A DNA stretch of 64,000 nucleotides from the human T2T-CHM13v2.0 reference genome, Homo sapiens. The stretch lies in the NCBI RefSeq assembly GCF_009914755.1, contig NC_060943.1; one strand, 5' to 3'. The notes under the pieces were generated by a model, which was not told the origin of the DNA, made no database searches, and worked only from the letters and a program-made list of their open reading frames with translations. The position numbers and the translations under genes were made by a program. Position 1 is the stretch's first letter; each line of letters begins with the position of its first letter. Shown here one piece after another: positions 14,021-27,100 of this stretch.

Positions 14021-17000
14021 AACACTCTGTTTGTAAAGTCTGCAAGTGGATATTCAGACCTCTTTGAGGCCTTCGTTGGAAACGGGATTTCTTCATATAC
14101 TGCTAGACAGAAGAATTCTCAGTAACTTCCTTGTGTTGTGTGTATTCAACTCACAGAGTTGAACGATCCTTTACACAGGGCAGACTTGAAACACTCTTTT
14201 TGTGGAATTTGCAAGTGGAGATTTCTGCCTCTTTGAGGTTAATGGTAGAAAATGAAATATCTTCGTATAGAAACTAGACAGAATGATTCTCAGAAACTCC
14301 TTTGTGATGTGTGCGTTCAAGTCGCAGAGTTTAACCTTTCTTTTCTTGGAGCAGTTAGGAAACACTCTGTTTGTAAAGTCTGCACGTGGATATTCAGACC
14401 TCTTTGAGGCCTTCGTTGGAAACGGGATTTCTTCATATTCTGCTAGACAGAAGAATTCTCAGTAACTTCCTTGTGTTGTGTGTATTCAACTGACAGAGTT
14501 GAACTTTCATTTAGAGAGAGCAGATTTGTAACACTGTTTTTGTGGAATTTGCAAGTGGAGATTTCAAGAGCTTTGGGGCCAAAGGCAGAAAAGGAAATAT
14601 CTTCGTATAAAAACTAGACAGAATCATTCTCAGAAAATGCTCTGTGAAGTGTGCGTTCAACTCTCAGAGTTTAACTTTTCTTTTCATTCAGCAGTTTGGA
14701 AACACTCTGTTTGTAAAGTCTGCACGTGGATATTTTGACCACTTAGAGGCCTTCGTTGGAAACGGGTTTTTTTCATGTAAGGGTAGACAGAAGAATTCCC
14801 AGTAACTTCCTTGTGTTGTGTGCATTCAACTCACAGAGTTGAACGTTCCCTTAGACAGAGCAGATTTGAAACACTCTATTTGTGCAATTTGCAAGTATAG
14901 ATTTCAAGCGCTTTAAGGTCAACGGCAGAAAAGGAAATATCTTCGTTTCAAAACTAGACAGAATCATTCCCACAAACTGCGTTGTGATGTGTTCGTTCAA
15001 CTCACAGAGGTTAACCTTTCTGTTCATAGAGCAGTTAGGAAACACTCTGTTTGTAAAGTCTGCAAGTGGATATTCAGACCTCCTTGAGGCCTTCGTTGGA
15101 AACGGGATTTCTTCATATTCTGCTAGACAGAAGAATTCTCAGTAACTTCCTTGTGTTGTGTGTATTCAACTCACAGAGTTGAACGATCCTTTACACAGAG
15201 CAGACTTGAAACACTCTTTTTGTGGAATTTGCAAGTGGAGATTTCAGCCGCTTTGAGGTCAATGGTAGAAAAGGGAATATCTTCGTATAGAAACTAGACA
15301 GAATGATTCTCAGAAACTCCTTTGTGATGTATGCGTTCAAGTCGCAGAGTTTAACCTTTCTTTTCTTGGAGCAGTTAGGAAACACTCTGTTTGTAAAGTC
15401 TGCAAGTGGATATTCAGACCTCTTTGAGGCCTTCGTTGGAAACGGGATTTCTTCATATTCTGCTAGACAGAAGAATTCTCAGTATCTTCCTTGTGTTGTG
15501 TGTATTCAACTCACAGAGTTGAACGATACTTTACACAGAGCAGACTTGAAACACTCTTTTTGTGGAATTTGCAAGTGGAGATTTCAGCCGCTTTGAGGTC
15601 AATGGTAGAAAAGGGAATATCTTCGTATAGAAACTAGACAGAATGATTCTCAGAAACTCCTTTGTGATCTGTGCGTTCAACTCACAGAGTTTAACCTTTC
15701 TTTTCATAGAGCAGTTAGGAAACACTCTGTTTGTAAAGTCTGCATGTGGATATTTGGACTTCTTTGAGGCCTTCGTTGGAAACGGGTTTTTTTCATGTAA
15801 GGATAGACAGAAGAATTCTCAGTAACTTCCTTGTGTTGTGTGTATTCAACTGACAGAGTTGAACTTTCATTTAGAGAGAGCAGATTTGTAACACTGTTTT
15901 TGTGGAATTTGCAAGTGGACATTTCAAGCGCTTTGGGGCCAAAGGCAGAAAAGGAAATATCTTCGTATAAAAACTAGACAGAATCATTCTCAGAAAATGT
16001 TCTGTGATGTGTGCGTTCAACTCTCAGAGTTTAACTTTTCTTTTCATTCAGCAGTTTGGAAACACTCTGTTTGTAAAGTCTGCACGTGGATATTTTGACC
16101 ACTTAGAGGCCTTTGTTGGAAACGGGTTTTTTTCATGTAAGGGTAGACAGAAGAATTCCCACTAACTTCCTTGTGTTGTGTGCATTCAACTCACAGAGTT
16201 GAACGTTCCCTTAGACAGAGCAGATTTGAAACACTCTATTTGTGCAATTTGCAAGTGTAGATTTCAAGCGCTTTAAGGTCAACGGCAGAAAAGGAAATAT
16301 CTTCGTTTCAAAACTAGACAGAATCATTCCCACAAACTGCGTTGTGATGTGTTCGTTCAACTCACAGAGTTTAACCTTTCTGTTCATAGAGCAGTTAGGA
16401 AACACTCTGTTTGTAAAGTCTGCAAGTGGATATTCAGACCTCCTTGAGGCCTTCGTTGGAAACGGGGTTTCTTCATATTCTGCTAGACAGAAGAATTCTC
16501 AGTAACTTCCTTGTGTTGTGTGCATTCAACTCACAGAGTTGAACGATCCTTTACACAAGGCAGACTTGAAAAACTCTTTTTGTGGAATTTGTAAGTGGAG
16601 ATTTCAGCCGCTTTGAGGTTAAAGGTAGAAAATGAATTATCTTCGTATAGAAACTAGACAGAATGATTCTCAGAAACTCCTTTGTGATGTGTGCGTTCAA
16701 GTCACAGAGTTTAACCTTTCTTTTCATAGAGCAGTTAGGAAACACTCTGTTTGTAAAGTCTGCAACTGGAGATTCAGACCTCTTTGAGGCCTTCGTTGGA
16801 AACGGGATTTCTTCATATTCTGCTAGACAGAAGAATTCTCAGTAACTTCCTTGTGTTGTGTGTATTCAACTCACAGAGTTGAACGATCCTTTACACAGGG
16901 CAGACTTGAAACACTCTTTTTGTGGAATTTGCAAGTGGAGATTTCAGTCTCTTTGAGGTTAGTGGTAGAAAATGTAATATCTTCGTATTGAAACTAGACA

Positions 17001-20000
17001 GAATGATTCTCAGAAACTCCTTTGTGATGTGTGCGTTCAAGTCACCGAGTTTAACCTTTCTTTTCATAGAGCAGTTAGGAAACACTCTGTTTGTAAAGTC
17101 TGCAAGTGGATATTCAGACCTCTTTGAGGCCTTCGTTGGAAACGGGATTTCTTCATATTCTGCTAGACAGAAGAATTCTCAGTAACTTCCTTGTGTTGTG
17201 TGTATTCAACTCACAGAGTTGAACGATCCTTTACACAGAGCAGACTTGAAACACTCTTTTTGTGGAATTTGCAAGTGGAGATTTCAGCCGCTTTGAGGTC
17301 AATGGTAGAAAAGGGAATATCTTCGTATAGAAACTAGACAGAATGATTCTCAGAAACTCCTTTGTGATGTGTGCGTTCAACTCACAGAGTTTAACCTTTC
17401 TTTTCATAGAGCAGTTAGGAAACACTCTGTTTGTAAAGTCTGCACAAGGATATTAGGACTTCTTTGAGGCCTTCTTTGGAAACGGGTTTTTTTCATGTAT
17501 GGCTAGACAGAAGAATTCTCAGTAACTTCCTTGTGTTGTGTGTATTCAACTGACAGAATTGAACTTTCACTTACAGAGAGCAGATTTGTAACACTGTTTT
17601 TGTGGAATTTGCAAGTGGAGATTTCAAGCGCTTTGGGGCCAAAGGCAGAAAAGGAAATATCTTCGTATAAAAACTAGACAGAATCATTCTCAGAAAATCC
17701 TCTGTGATGTGTGCGTTCAACTCTCAGAGTTTAACTTTTCTTTTCATTCAGCAGTTTGGAAACACTCTGTTTGTAAAGTCTGCACGTGGATATTTTGACC
17801 ACTTAGAGGCCTTCGTTGGAAACGGGTTTTTTTCATATAAGGGTAGACAGGAGAATTCCCAGTAACTTCCTTGTGTTGTGTGCATTCAACTCACAGAGTT
17901 GAACGTTCCCTTAGACAGAGCAGATTTGAAACACTCTATTTGTGCAATTTGCAAGTGTAGATTTCAAGCGCTTTAAGGTCAACGGCAGAAAAGGAAATAT
18001 CTTCGTTTCAAAACTAGACAGAATCTTTCCCACAAACTGCCTTGTGATGTGTTCGTTCAACTCACAGAGTTTAACCTTTCTGTTCATAGAGCAGTTAGGA
18101 AACACTCTGTTTGTAAAGTCTGCAAGTGGATATTCAGACCTCCTTGAGGCCTTCGTTGGAAACGGGATTTCTTCATATTCTGCTAGACAGAAGAATTCTC
18201 AGTAACTTCCTTGTGTTGTGTGTATTCAACTCACAGAGTTGAACGATCCTTTACACAGAGCAGACTTGAAACACTGTTTTTGTGGAATTTGCAAGTGGAG
18301 ATTTCGGCCGCGTTGAGGTCAAAGGTAGAAAAGGGAATATCTTCGTAAAGAAACTAGACAGAATGATTCTCAGAAACTCCTTTGTGATGTGTGCGTTCAA
18401 CTCACAGAGTTTAACCTTTCTTTTCATAGAGCAGTTAGGAAACACTCTGTTTGTAAAGTCTGCACGTGGATATTTGGACTTCTTTGAGGCCTTCTTTGGA
18501 AACGGGTTTTTTTCATGTAAGGCTAGACAGAAGAATTCTCAGTAACTTCCTTGTGTTGTGTGTATTCAACTGACAGAGTTGAACTTTCACTTAGAGAAAG
18601 CAGATTTGTAACACTGTTTTTGTGGAATTTGCAAGTGGAGATTTCAAGTGCTTTGGGGCCAAAGGCAGAAAAGGAAATATCTTCGTAGAAAAACTAGACA
18701 GAATCATTCTCAGAAAATCCTCTGTGATGTGTGCGTTCAACTCTCAGAGTTTAACTTTTCTTTTCATTCAGCAGTTTGGAAACACTCTGTTTGTAATGTC
18801 TGCACGTGGATATTTTGACCACTTAGAGGCCTTCGTTCGAAACGGGTTTTTTTCGTGTAAGGGTAGACAGAAGAATTCCCAGTAACTTCCTTGTGTTGTG
18901 TCCATTCAACTCACAGAGTTGAACGTTCCCTTAGACAGAGCAGATTTGAAACACTCTATTTGTGCAATTTGCAAGTGTAGATTTCAAGCACTTTAAGGTC
19001 AACGGCAGAAAAGGAAATATCTTCGTTTCAAAACTAGACAGAATCATTCCCACAAACTGCGTTGTGATGTGTTCGTTCAACTCACAGAGTTTAAACTTTC
19101 TGTTCATAGAGCAGTTAGGAAACACTCTGTTTGAAAAGTCTGCAAGTGGATATTCAGACCTCCTTCAGTCCTTCGTTGGAAACGGGAATTCTTCATATTC
19201 TGCTAGACAGAAGAATTCTCAGTAACTTCCTTGTATTGTGTGCATTCAACTCACAGAGTTGAACGACCCTTTACACAGAGCAGACTTGAAACACTCTTTT
19301 TGTGGAATTTGCAAGTGGAGATTTCAGCCGCTTTGAGGTCATTGGTAGAAAAGGAAATATCTTCATATAAAAACTAGACAGAATGATTCTCAGAAACTCC
19401 TTTTTGATGTGTGCTTTCAACTCACAGAGTTTAACCTTTCTTTTCATAGAGCAGTTAGGAAACACTCTGTTTGTAAAGTCTGCAAGTGGATATTCAGACC
19501 TCTTTGGGGCCTTCGTTGGAAACGGGATTTCTTCATATTCTGCTAGACAGAAGAATTCTCAGTAACTTCCTTGTGTTGTGTGTATTCAACTCACAGAGTT
19601 GAAGGATCCTTTACACAGAGCAGACTTGAAACACTCTTTTTGTGGAATTTGCAAGTGGAGATTTCAGCCGCTTTGAGGTCAATGGTAGAAAAGGGAATAT
19701 CTTCGTATAGAAACTAGACAGAATGATTCTCAGAAACTCCTTTGTGATGTGTGCGTTCAACTCACAGAGTTTAACCTTTCTTTTCATAGAGCAGTTAGGA
19801 AACACTCTGTTTGTAAAGTCTGCACAAGGATATTAGGACTTCTTTGAGGCCTTCTTTGGAAACGGGTTTTTTTCATGTAAGGCTAGACAGAAGAATTCTC
19901 AGTAACTTCCTTGTGTTGTGTGTATTCAACTGACAGAGTTCAACTTTCACTTAGAGAGAGCAGATTTGTAACACTGTTTTTGTGGAATTTGCAAGTGGAG

Positions 20001-23000
20001 ATTTCAAGCGCTTTGGGGCCAAAGGCAGAAAACGAAATATCTTCGTATAAAAACTAGACAGAATCATTCTCAGAAAATCCTCTGTGATGTGTGGGTTCAA
20101 CTCTCAGAGTTTAACTTTTCTTTTCATTCAGCAGTTTGGAAACACTCTGTTTGTAAAGTCTGCACGTGGATATTTTGACCACTTAGAGGCCTTCGTTGGA
20201 AACGGGTTTTTTTCATGTAAGGGTAGACAGAAGAATTCCCAGTAACTTCCTTGTGTTGTGTGCATTCAACTCACAGAGTTGAACGTTCCCTTAGACAGAG
20301 CAGATTTGAATCACTCTATTTGTGCAATTTGCAAGTGTAGATTTCAAGCGATTTAAGGTCAATGGCAGAAAAGGAAATATCTTCGTTTCAAAACTAGACA
20401 GAATCATTCCCACAAACTGCGTTGTGATGTGTTCGTTCAACTCACAGTGTTTAACCTTTCTGTTCATAGAGCAGTTAGGAAACACTCTGTTTGTAAAGTC
20501 TGCAAGTGGATATTCAGACCTCCTTGAGGCCTTCGTTGGAAACGGGATTTCTTCATATTCTGCTAGACCGAAGAATTCTCAGTAACTTCCTTGTGTTGTG
20601 TGTATTCAACTCACAGAGTTGAACGATCCTTTACACAGAGCAGACTTGAAACACTCTTTTTGTGGAATTTGCAAGTGCAGATTTCAGCCGCTATGGGGTC
20701 AATGGTAGAATAGGAAATATCTTCCTATAGAAACTAGACAGAATGATTCTCAGAAACTCCTTTGTTATGTGTGCGTTCAACTCACAGAGTTTAACCTTTC
20801 TTTTCATAGAGCAGTTAGGAAACACTCTGTTTGTAAAGTCTGCAAGTGGATATTCAGACCTCTTTGAGGCCTTCGTTGGAAACGGGATTTCTTCATATTC
20901 TGCTAGACAGAAGAATTCTCAGTAACTTCCTTGTGTTGTGTGTATTCAACTCACAGAGTTGAACGATCCTTTACACAGAGCAGACTTGAAACACTGTTTT
21001 TGTGGAATTTGCAAGTGGAGATTTCAGCCGCTTTGAGGTCAATGGTAGAAAAGGAAATATCTTCCTATAGACACTAGACAGAATGATTCTCAGAAACTCC
21101 TTTGTGATGTGTGCGTTCAACTCACAGAGGTTAACCTTTCTTTTCATAGAGCAGTTAGGAAACACTCTGTTTGTAAAGTCTGCAAGTGGATATTCAGACC
21201 TCTTTGAGGCCTTCGTTGGAAACGGGATTTCTTCATATTCTGCTAGACAGAAGAATTCTCAGTAACTTCCTTGTGTTGTGTGTATTCAACTCACAGAGTT
21301 GAACGATCCTTTACACAGGGCAGACTTGAAACACTCTTTTTGTGGAATTTGCAAGTGGAGATTTCAGCCTCTTTGAGGTTAGTGGTAGAAAATGTAATAT
21401 CTTCGTATAGAAAGTAGACAGAATGATTCTCAGAAACTCCTTTGTGATGTGTGCGTTCAAGTCACCGAGTTTAACCTTTCTTTTCATAGAGCAGTTAGGA
21501 AACACTCTGTTTGTAAAGTCTGCAAGTGGATATTCAGACCTCTTTGAGGCCTTCGTTGGAAACGGGATTTCTTCATATTCTGCTAGACAGAAGAATTCTC
21601 AGTAACTTCCTTGTGTTGTGTGTATTCAACTCACAGAGTTGAAGGATCCTTTACACAGAGCAGACTTGAAACACTCTTTTTGTGGAATTTGCAAGTGGAG
21701 ATTTCAGCCGCTTTGAGGTCAATGGTAGAAAAGGGAATATCTTCGTATAGAAACTAGACAGAATGATTCTCAGAAACTCCTTTGTGATGTGTGCATTGAA
21801 CTCACAGAGTTTAACCTTTCTTTTCATAGAGTAGTTAGGAAACACTCTGTTTGTAAAGTCTGCACGTGGATATTTGGACTTCTTTGAGGCCTTCGTTGGA
21901 GACGGGATTTTTTCATGTACGGCTAGACAGAAAAATTCTCAGTAACTTCCTTGTGTTCTGTGTATTCAACTGACAGAGTTGAAATTTCATTTAGAGACAG
22001 CAGATTTATAACACTGTTTTTGTGGAATCTGCAAGTGGAGATTTCAAGCGCTTTGGGGCCAAAGGCAGAAAAGGAAATATCTTCGTATAAAAACTAGACA
22101 GAATCATTCTCAGAAAATGCTCTGTGATGTGTGTGTTCTACTCTCAGAGTTTAACTTTTCTTTTCATTCAGCAGTTTGGAAACACTCTGTTTGTAAAATC
22201 TGCACGTGGATATTTTGATCACTTAGAGGCCTTCGTTGGAAACGGGTTTTTTTCATGTAAGGCTAGAGAGAAGAATTCCCAGTAACTACCTTGTGTTGTG
22301 TGCATTCAACTCACAGAGTTGAACGTTCCCTTAGACAGAGCAGATTTGAATCACTCTATTTGTGCAATTTGCAAGTGTAGATTTCAAGCGATTTAAGGTC
22401 AATGGCAGAAAAGGAAATATCTTCGTTTCAAAACTAGACAGAATCATTCCCACAAACTGCGTTGTGATGTGTTCGTTCAACTCACAGTGTTTAACCTTTC
22501 TGTTCATAGAGCAGTTAGGAAACACTCTGTTTGTAAAGTCTGCAAGTGGATATTCAGAACTCCTTGAGGCCTTCGTTGGAAACGGGATTTCTTCATATTC
22601 TGCTAGACCGAAGAATTCTCAGTAACTTCCTTGTGTTGTGTGTATTCAACTCACAGAGTTGAACGATCCTTTACACAGAGCAGACTTGAAACACTCTTTT
22701 TGTGGAATTTGCAAGTGGAGATTTCAGCCGCTTTGAGGTCAATGGTAGAAAAGGAAATATCTTCATATAAAAACTAGACAGAATGATTCTCAGAAACTCC
22801 TTTGTGATGTGTGCGTTCAAGTCACAGAGTTTAACCTTTCTTTTCATAGAGCAGTTAGGAAACACTCTGTTTGAAAAGTCTGCAAGTGGATATTCAGACC
22901 TCTTTGAGGCCTTCGTTGGAAACGGGATTTCTTCATATTCTACTAGACAGAAGAATTCTCAGTAACTTCCTTGTGTTGTGTGTATTCAACTCACAGAGTT

Positions 23001-24149
23001 GAACGATCCTTTACACAGAGCAGACTTGAAACACTCTTTTTGTGGAATTTGCAAGTGCAGATTTCAGCCGCTATGGGGTCAATGGTAGAATAGGAAATAT
23101 CTTCCTATAGAAACTAGACAGAATGATTCTCAGAAACTCCTTTGTTATGTGTGCGTTCAACTCACAGAGTTTAACCTTTCTTTTCATAGAGCAGTTAGGA
23201 AACACTCTGTTTGTAAAGTCTGCAAGTGGATATTCATACCTCTTTGAGGCCTTCGTTGGAAAAGGGATTTCTTCATATTCTGCTAGACAGAAGAATTCTC
23301 AGTAACTTCCTTGTGTTGTGTGTATTCAACTCACAGAGTTGAACGATCCTTTACACAGAGCAGACTTGAAACACTGTTTTTGTGGAATTTGCAAGTGGAG
23401 ATTTCAGCCGCTTTGAGGTCAATGGCAGAAAAGGAAATATCTTCCTATAGACACTAGACAGAATGATTCTCAGAAACTCCTTTGTGATGTGTGCGTTCAA
23501 CTCACAGAGGTTAACCTTTCTTTTCATAGAGCAGTTAGGAAACACTCTGTTTGTAAAGTCTGCAAGTGGATATTCAGACCTCTTTGAGGCCTTCGTTGGA
23601 AACGGGATTTCTTCATATGATGCTAGACAGAAGAATTCTCAGTAACTTCCTTGTGTTGTGTTTATTCAACTCACAGAGTTGAACGATCCTTTACACAGAG
23701 CAGACTTGAAACACTCTTTTTGTGCAATTTGCAAGGGGAGATTTCAGCCGCTTTGAGGTCAATAGTAGAAAAGGAAATATCTTCATATAGAAACTAGACA
23801 GAATGATTCTCAGAAACTGCTTTGTGATGTGTGCGTTCAACTCACAGAGTTTAACCTTTCTTTTCATAGAGCAGTTAGGAAACACTCTGTTTGTAAAGTC
23901 TGCAAGTGGATATTCAGACCTCTTTCAGGACTTCTTTGGAAACGGGATTTCTTCATATTCTGCTAGACAGAAGAATTCTCAGTAACTTCCTTGTGTTGTG
24001 TGTATTCAACTCATAGAGTTGAACGATCCTTTAGAGGAGAGCAGTCTTGAAACACTCTTTTTGTGGAATTTGCAAGTGGAGATTTCTGCCGCTTTGAGGT
24101 CAATGGTAGAATAGGAAATATCTTCCTATAGAAACTAGACAGAATGATT

Positions 24150-27100
24150 CTCAGAAACTCCTTTGTGATGTGGGCGTTCAACTCACAGAGTTTAACCATT
24201 CTTTTCATAGAGCAGTTAGGAAACACTCTGTTTGTAAAGTATGCATGTGGATATTTGGACTTCTTTGAGGCCTTCGTTGGAAACGGGTTTTTTTCATGTA
24301 AGGCTAGACAGAAGAATTCTCAGTAACTTCCTTGTGTTGTGTGTATTCAACTGACAGAGTTGAACTTTCATTTAGAGAGAGCAGATTTGAAACACTGTTT
24401 TTGTGGAATTTGCAAGTGGAGATTTCAAGCGCTTTGGGGCCAAGGGCAGAAAAGGAAATATCTTCGTATAAAAACTAGACAGAATCATTCTCAGAAACTG
24501 CTCTGTGATGTGTGCGTTCAACTCTCAGAGTTTAAATTTTCTTTTCATTCAGCAGTTTGGAAACACTCTGTTTGTAAAGTCTGCACGTGGATATTTTGAC
24601 CACTTAGAGGCCTTCGTTGGAAACGGGTTTTTTTCATGTAAGGCTAGACAGAAGAATTCCCAGTAACTTCCTTGTGTTGTGTGCATTCAACTCACAGAGA
24701 TGAACGTTCCCTTAGACAGAGCAGATTTGAAACACTCTATTTGTGCCATTTGCAAGTGTAGATTTCAAGCGCTTTAAGGTCAATGACAGAAAAGGAAATA
24801 TCTTCGTTTCAAAACTAGACAGAATCATTCCCACAAACTGCGTTGTGATGTGTTCGTTCAACTCACAGAGTTTAACCTTTCTGTTCATAGAGCAGTTAGG
24901 AAACACTCTGTTTGTAAAGTCTGTAAGTGGATATTCTGACATCTTGTTGCCTTGTTGGAAAAGGGATTTCTTCATATTCTGGTAGACAGAAGAATTCTCA
25001 GTAACTTCCTTGTGTTGTGTGTATTCAACTCACAGAGTTGAACGATCCTTTACACAGAGCAGACTTGAAACACTCTTTTTGTGGAATTTGCAAGTGGAGA
25101 TTTCAGCCGCTTTGAGGTCAATGGTAGAATAGGAAATATCTTCCTATAGAAACTAGACAGAATGATTCTCAGAAACTCCTTTGTGATGTGTGCTTTCAAC
25201 TCACAGAGTTTAACCTTTCTTTTCATAGAGCAGTTAGGAAACACTCTGTTTATAAAGTCTGCAAGTGGATATTCAGACCTCTTTGAGGCCTTCGTTGGAA
25301 ACGGGATTTCTTCATATTCTGCTAGACAGAAGAATTCTCAGTAACTTCCTTGTGTTGTGTGTATTCAACTGACAGAGTTGAACTTTCATTTAGAGAGAGC
25401 AGATTTGAAACACTGTTTTTGTGGAATTTGCAAGTGGAGATTTCAAACGCTTTGGGGCCAAAGGCAGAAAAGGAAATATCTTCGTATAAAAACTAGACAG
25501 AATCATTCTCAGAAACTGCTCTGTGATGTGTGCGTTCAACTCTCAGAGTTTAACTTTTCTTTTCATTCAGCAGTTTGGAAACACTCTGTTTGTAAAGTCT
25601 GCACGTGGATATTTTGACCACTTAGAGGCCTTCGTTGGAAACGGTTTTTTTCATGTAAGGCTAGACAGAAGAATTCCCAGTAAATTCCTAGTGTTGTGTG
25701 CATTCAACTCACAGAGATGAACGTTCCCTTAGACAGAGCAGATTTGAAACACTCTGTGCAATTTGCAAGTGTAGATTTCAAGCGCTTTAATGTCAATGGC
25801 AGAAAAGGAAATATCTTCGCTTCAAAACTAGACAGAATCATTCCAACAAACTGCGTTGTGATGTGCTCTTTCAACTCATAGAGTTTAACCTTTCTGTTCA
25901 TAGAGCAGTTAGGAAACACTCTGTTTGTAAAGTCTGTAAGTGGATATTCTGACATCTTGTGGCCTTCGTTGGAAACGGGATTTCTTCATATTCTGCTAGA
26001 CAGAAGAATTCTCAGTAACTCCTTTGTGTTGTGTATATTCAACTCACAGAGTTGAACGATCCTTTACACAGAGCAGACTTGAAACACTCTTTTTGTGGAA
26101 TTTGCAAGTGGAGATTTCAGCCTCTTTGAGGTCAATGGTAGAATAGGAAATATCTTCCTATAGAAACTAGACAGAATGATTCTCAGAAACTCCTTTGTGA
26201 TGTGTGCGTTCAACTCACAGAGTTTAAGCTTTCTTTTCATAGAGCAGTTAGGAAAAACTCTGTTTATAAAGTCTGCAAGTGGATATTCAGACCTCTTTGA
26301 GGCCTTCGTTGGAAACGGGATTTCTTCATATTCTGCTAGACAGAAGAATTCTCAGTAACTTCCTTGTGTTGTGTGTATTCAACTCACAGAGTTGAACGAT
26401 CCTTTACACAGAGCAGACTTGAAACACTCTTTTTGTGGAATTTGCAAGTGCAGATTTCAGCCGCTATGGGGTCAATGGTAGAATAGGAAATATCTTCCTA
26501 TAGAAACTAGACAGAATGATTCTCAGAAACTCCTTTGTGATGTGTGCGTTCAACTCACAGAGTTTAACCTTTCTTTTCATAGAACAGTTAGGAAACACTC
26601 TGTTTGTAAAGTCTGCAAGTGGATATTCAGACCTCTTTGAGGCCTTCGTTGGAAACGGGATTTCTTCATATTCTGCTAGACAGAAGAATTCTCAGTAACT
26701 TCCTTGTGTTGTGTGTATTCAACTGACAGAGTTGAACGATCCTTTACACAGAGCAGACTTGAAACACTCTTTTTGTGGAATTTGCAAGTGGAGATTTCTG
26801 CCGCTTTGAGGTCAATGGTAGAATAGGAAATATCTTCCTATAGAAACTAGACAGAATGATTCTCAGAAACTCCTTTGTGATGTGTGCGTTCAACTCACAG
26901 AGTTTAACCTTTCTTTTCATAGAGCAGTTAGGAAACACTCTGTTTGTAAAGTCTGCAAGTGGATATTCAGACCTCTTTGAGGCCTTCGTTGGAAACGGGA
27001 TTTAATCATATTCTGCTAGACAGAAGAATTCTCAGTAACTTCCTTGTGTTGTGTGTATTCAACTCACAGAGTTGAACGATCCTTTACACAGAGCAGACTT

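Larger units (their letters stand above)
1..23600 (+). repeat. Hexamer-based HOR domain, haplotype I, with variable numbers of added dimers (6- to 14-mer units)
   Basis: Marker (G)CTTTGGGGCC at ~292, 1311, 3011, 4711, 6411, 7771, 10151, 11171, 12190, 13210, 14570, 15930, 17630, 18650, 20010, 22050; spacings are multiples of 340. Shared alleles: GATTTGTAACAC, AGGGTAGAC, AAAGGGAATA/AAATGAAATA. The right boundary is gradual. Confidence 0.9.
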
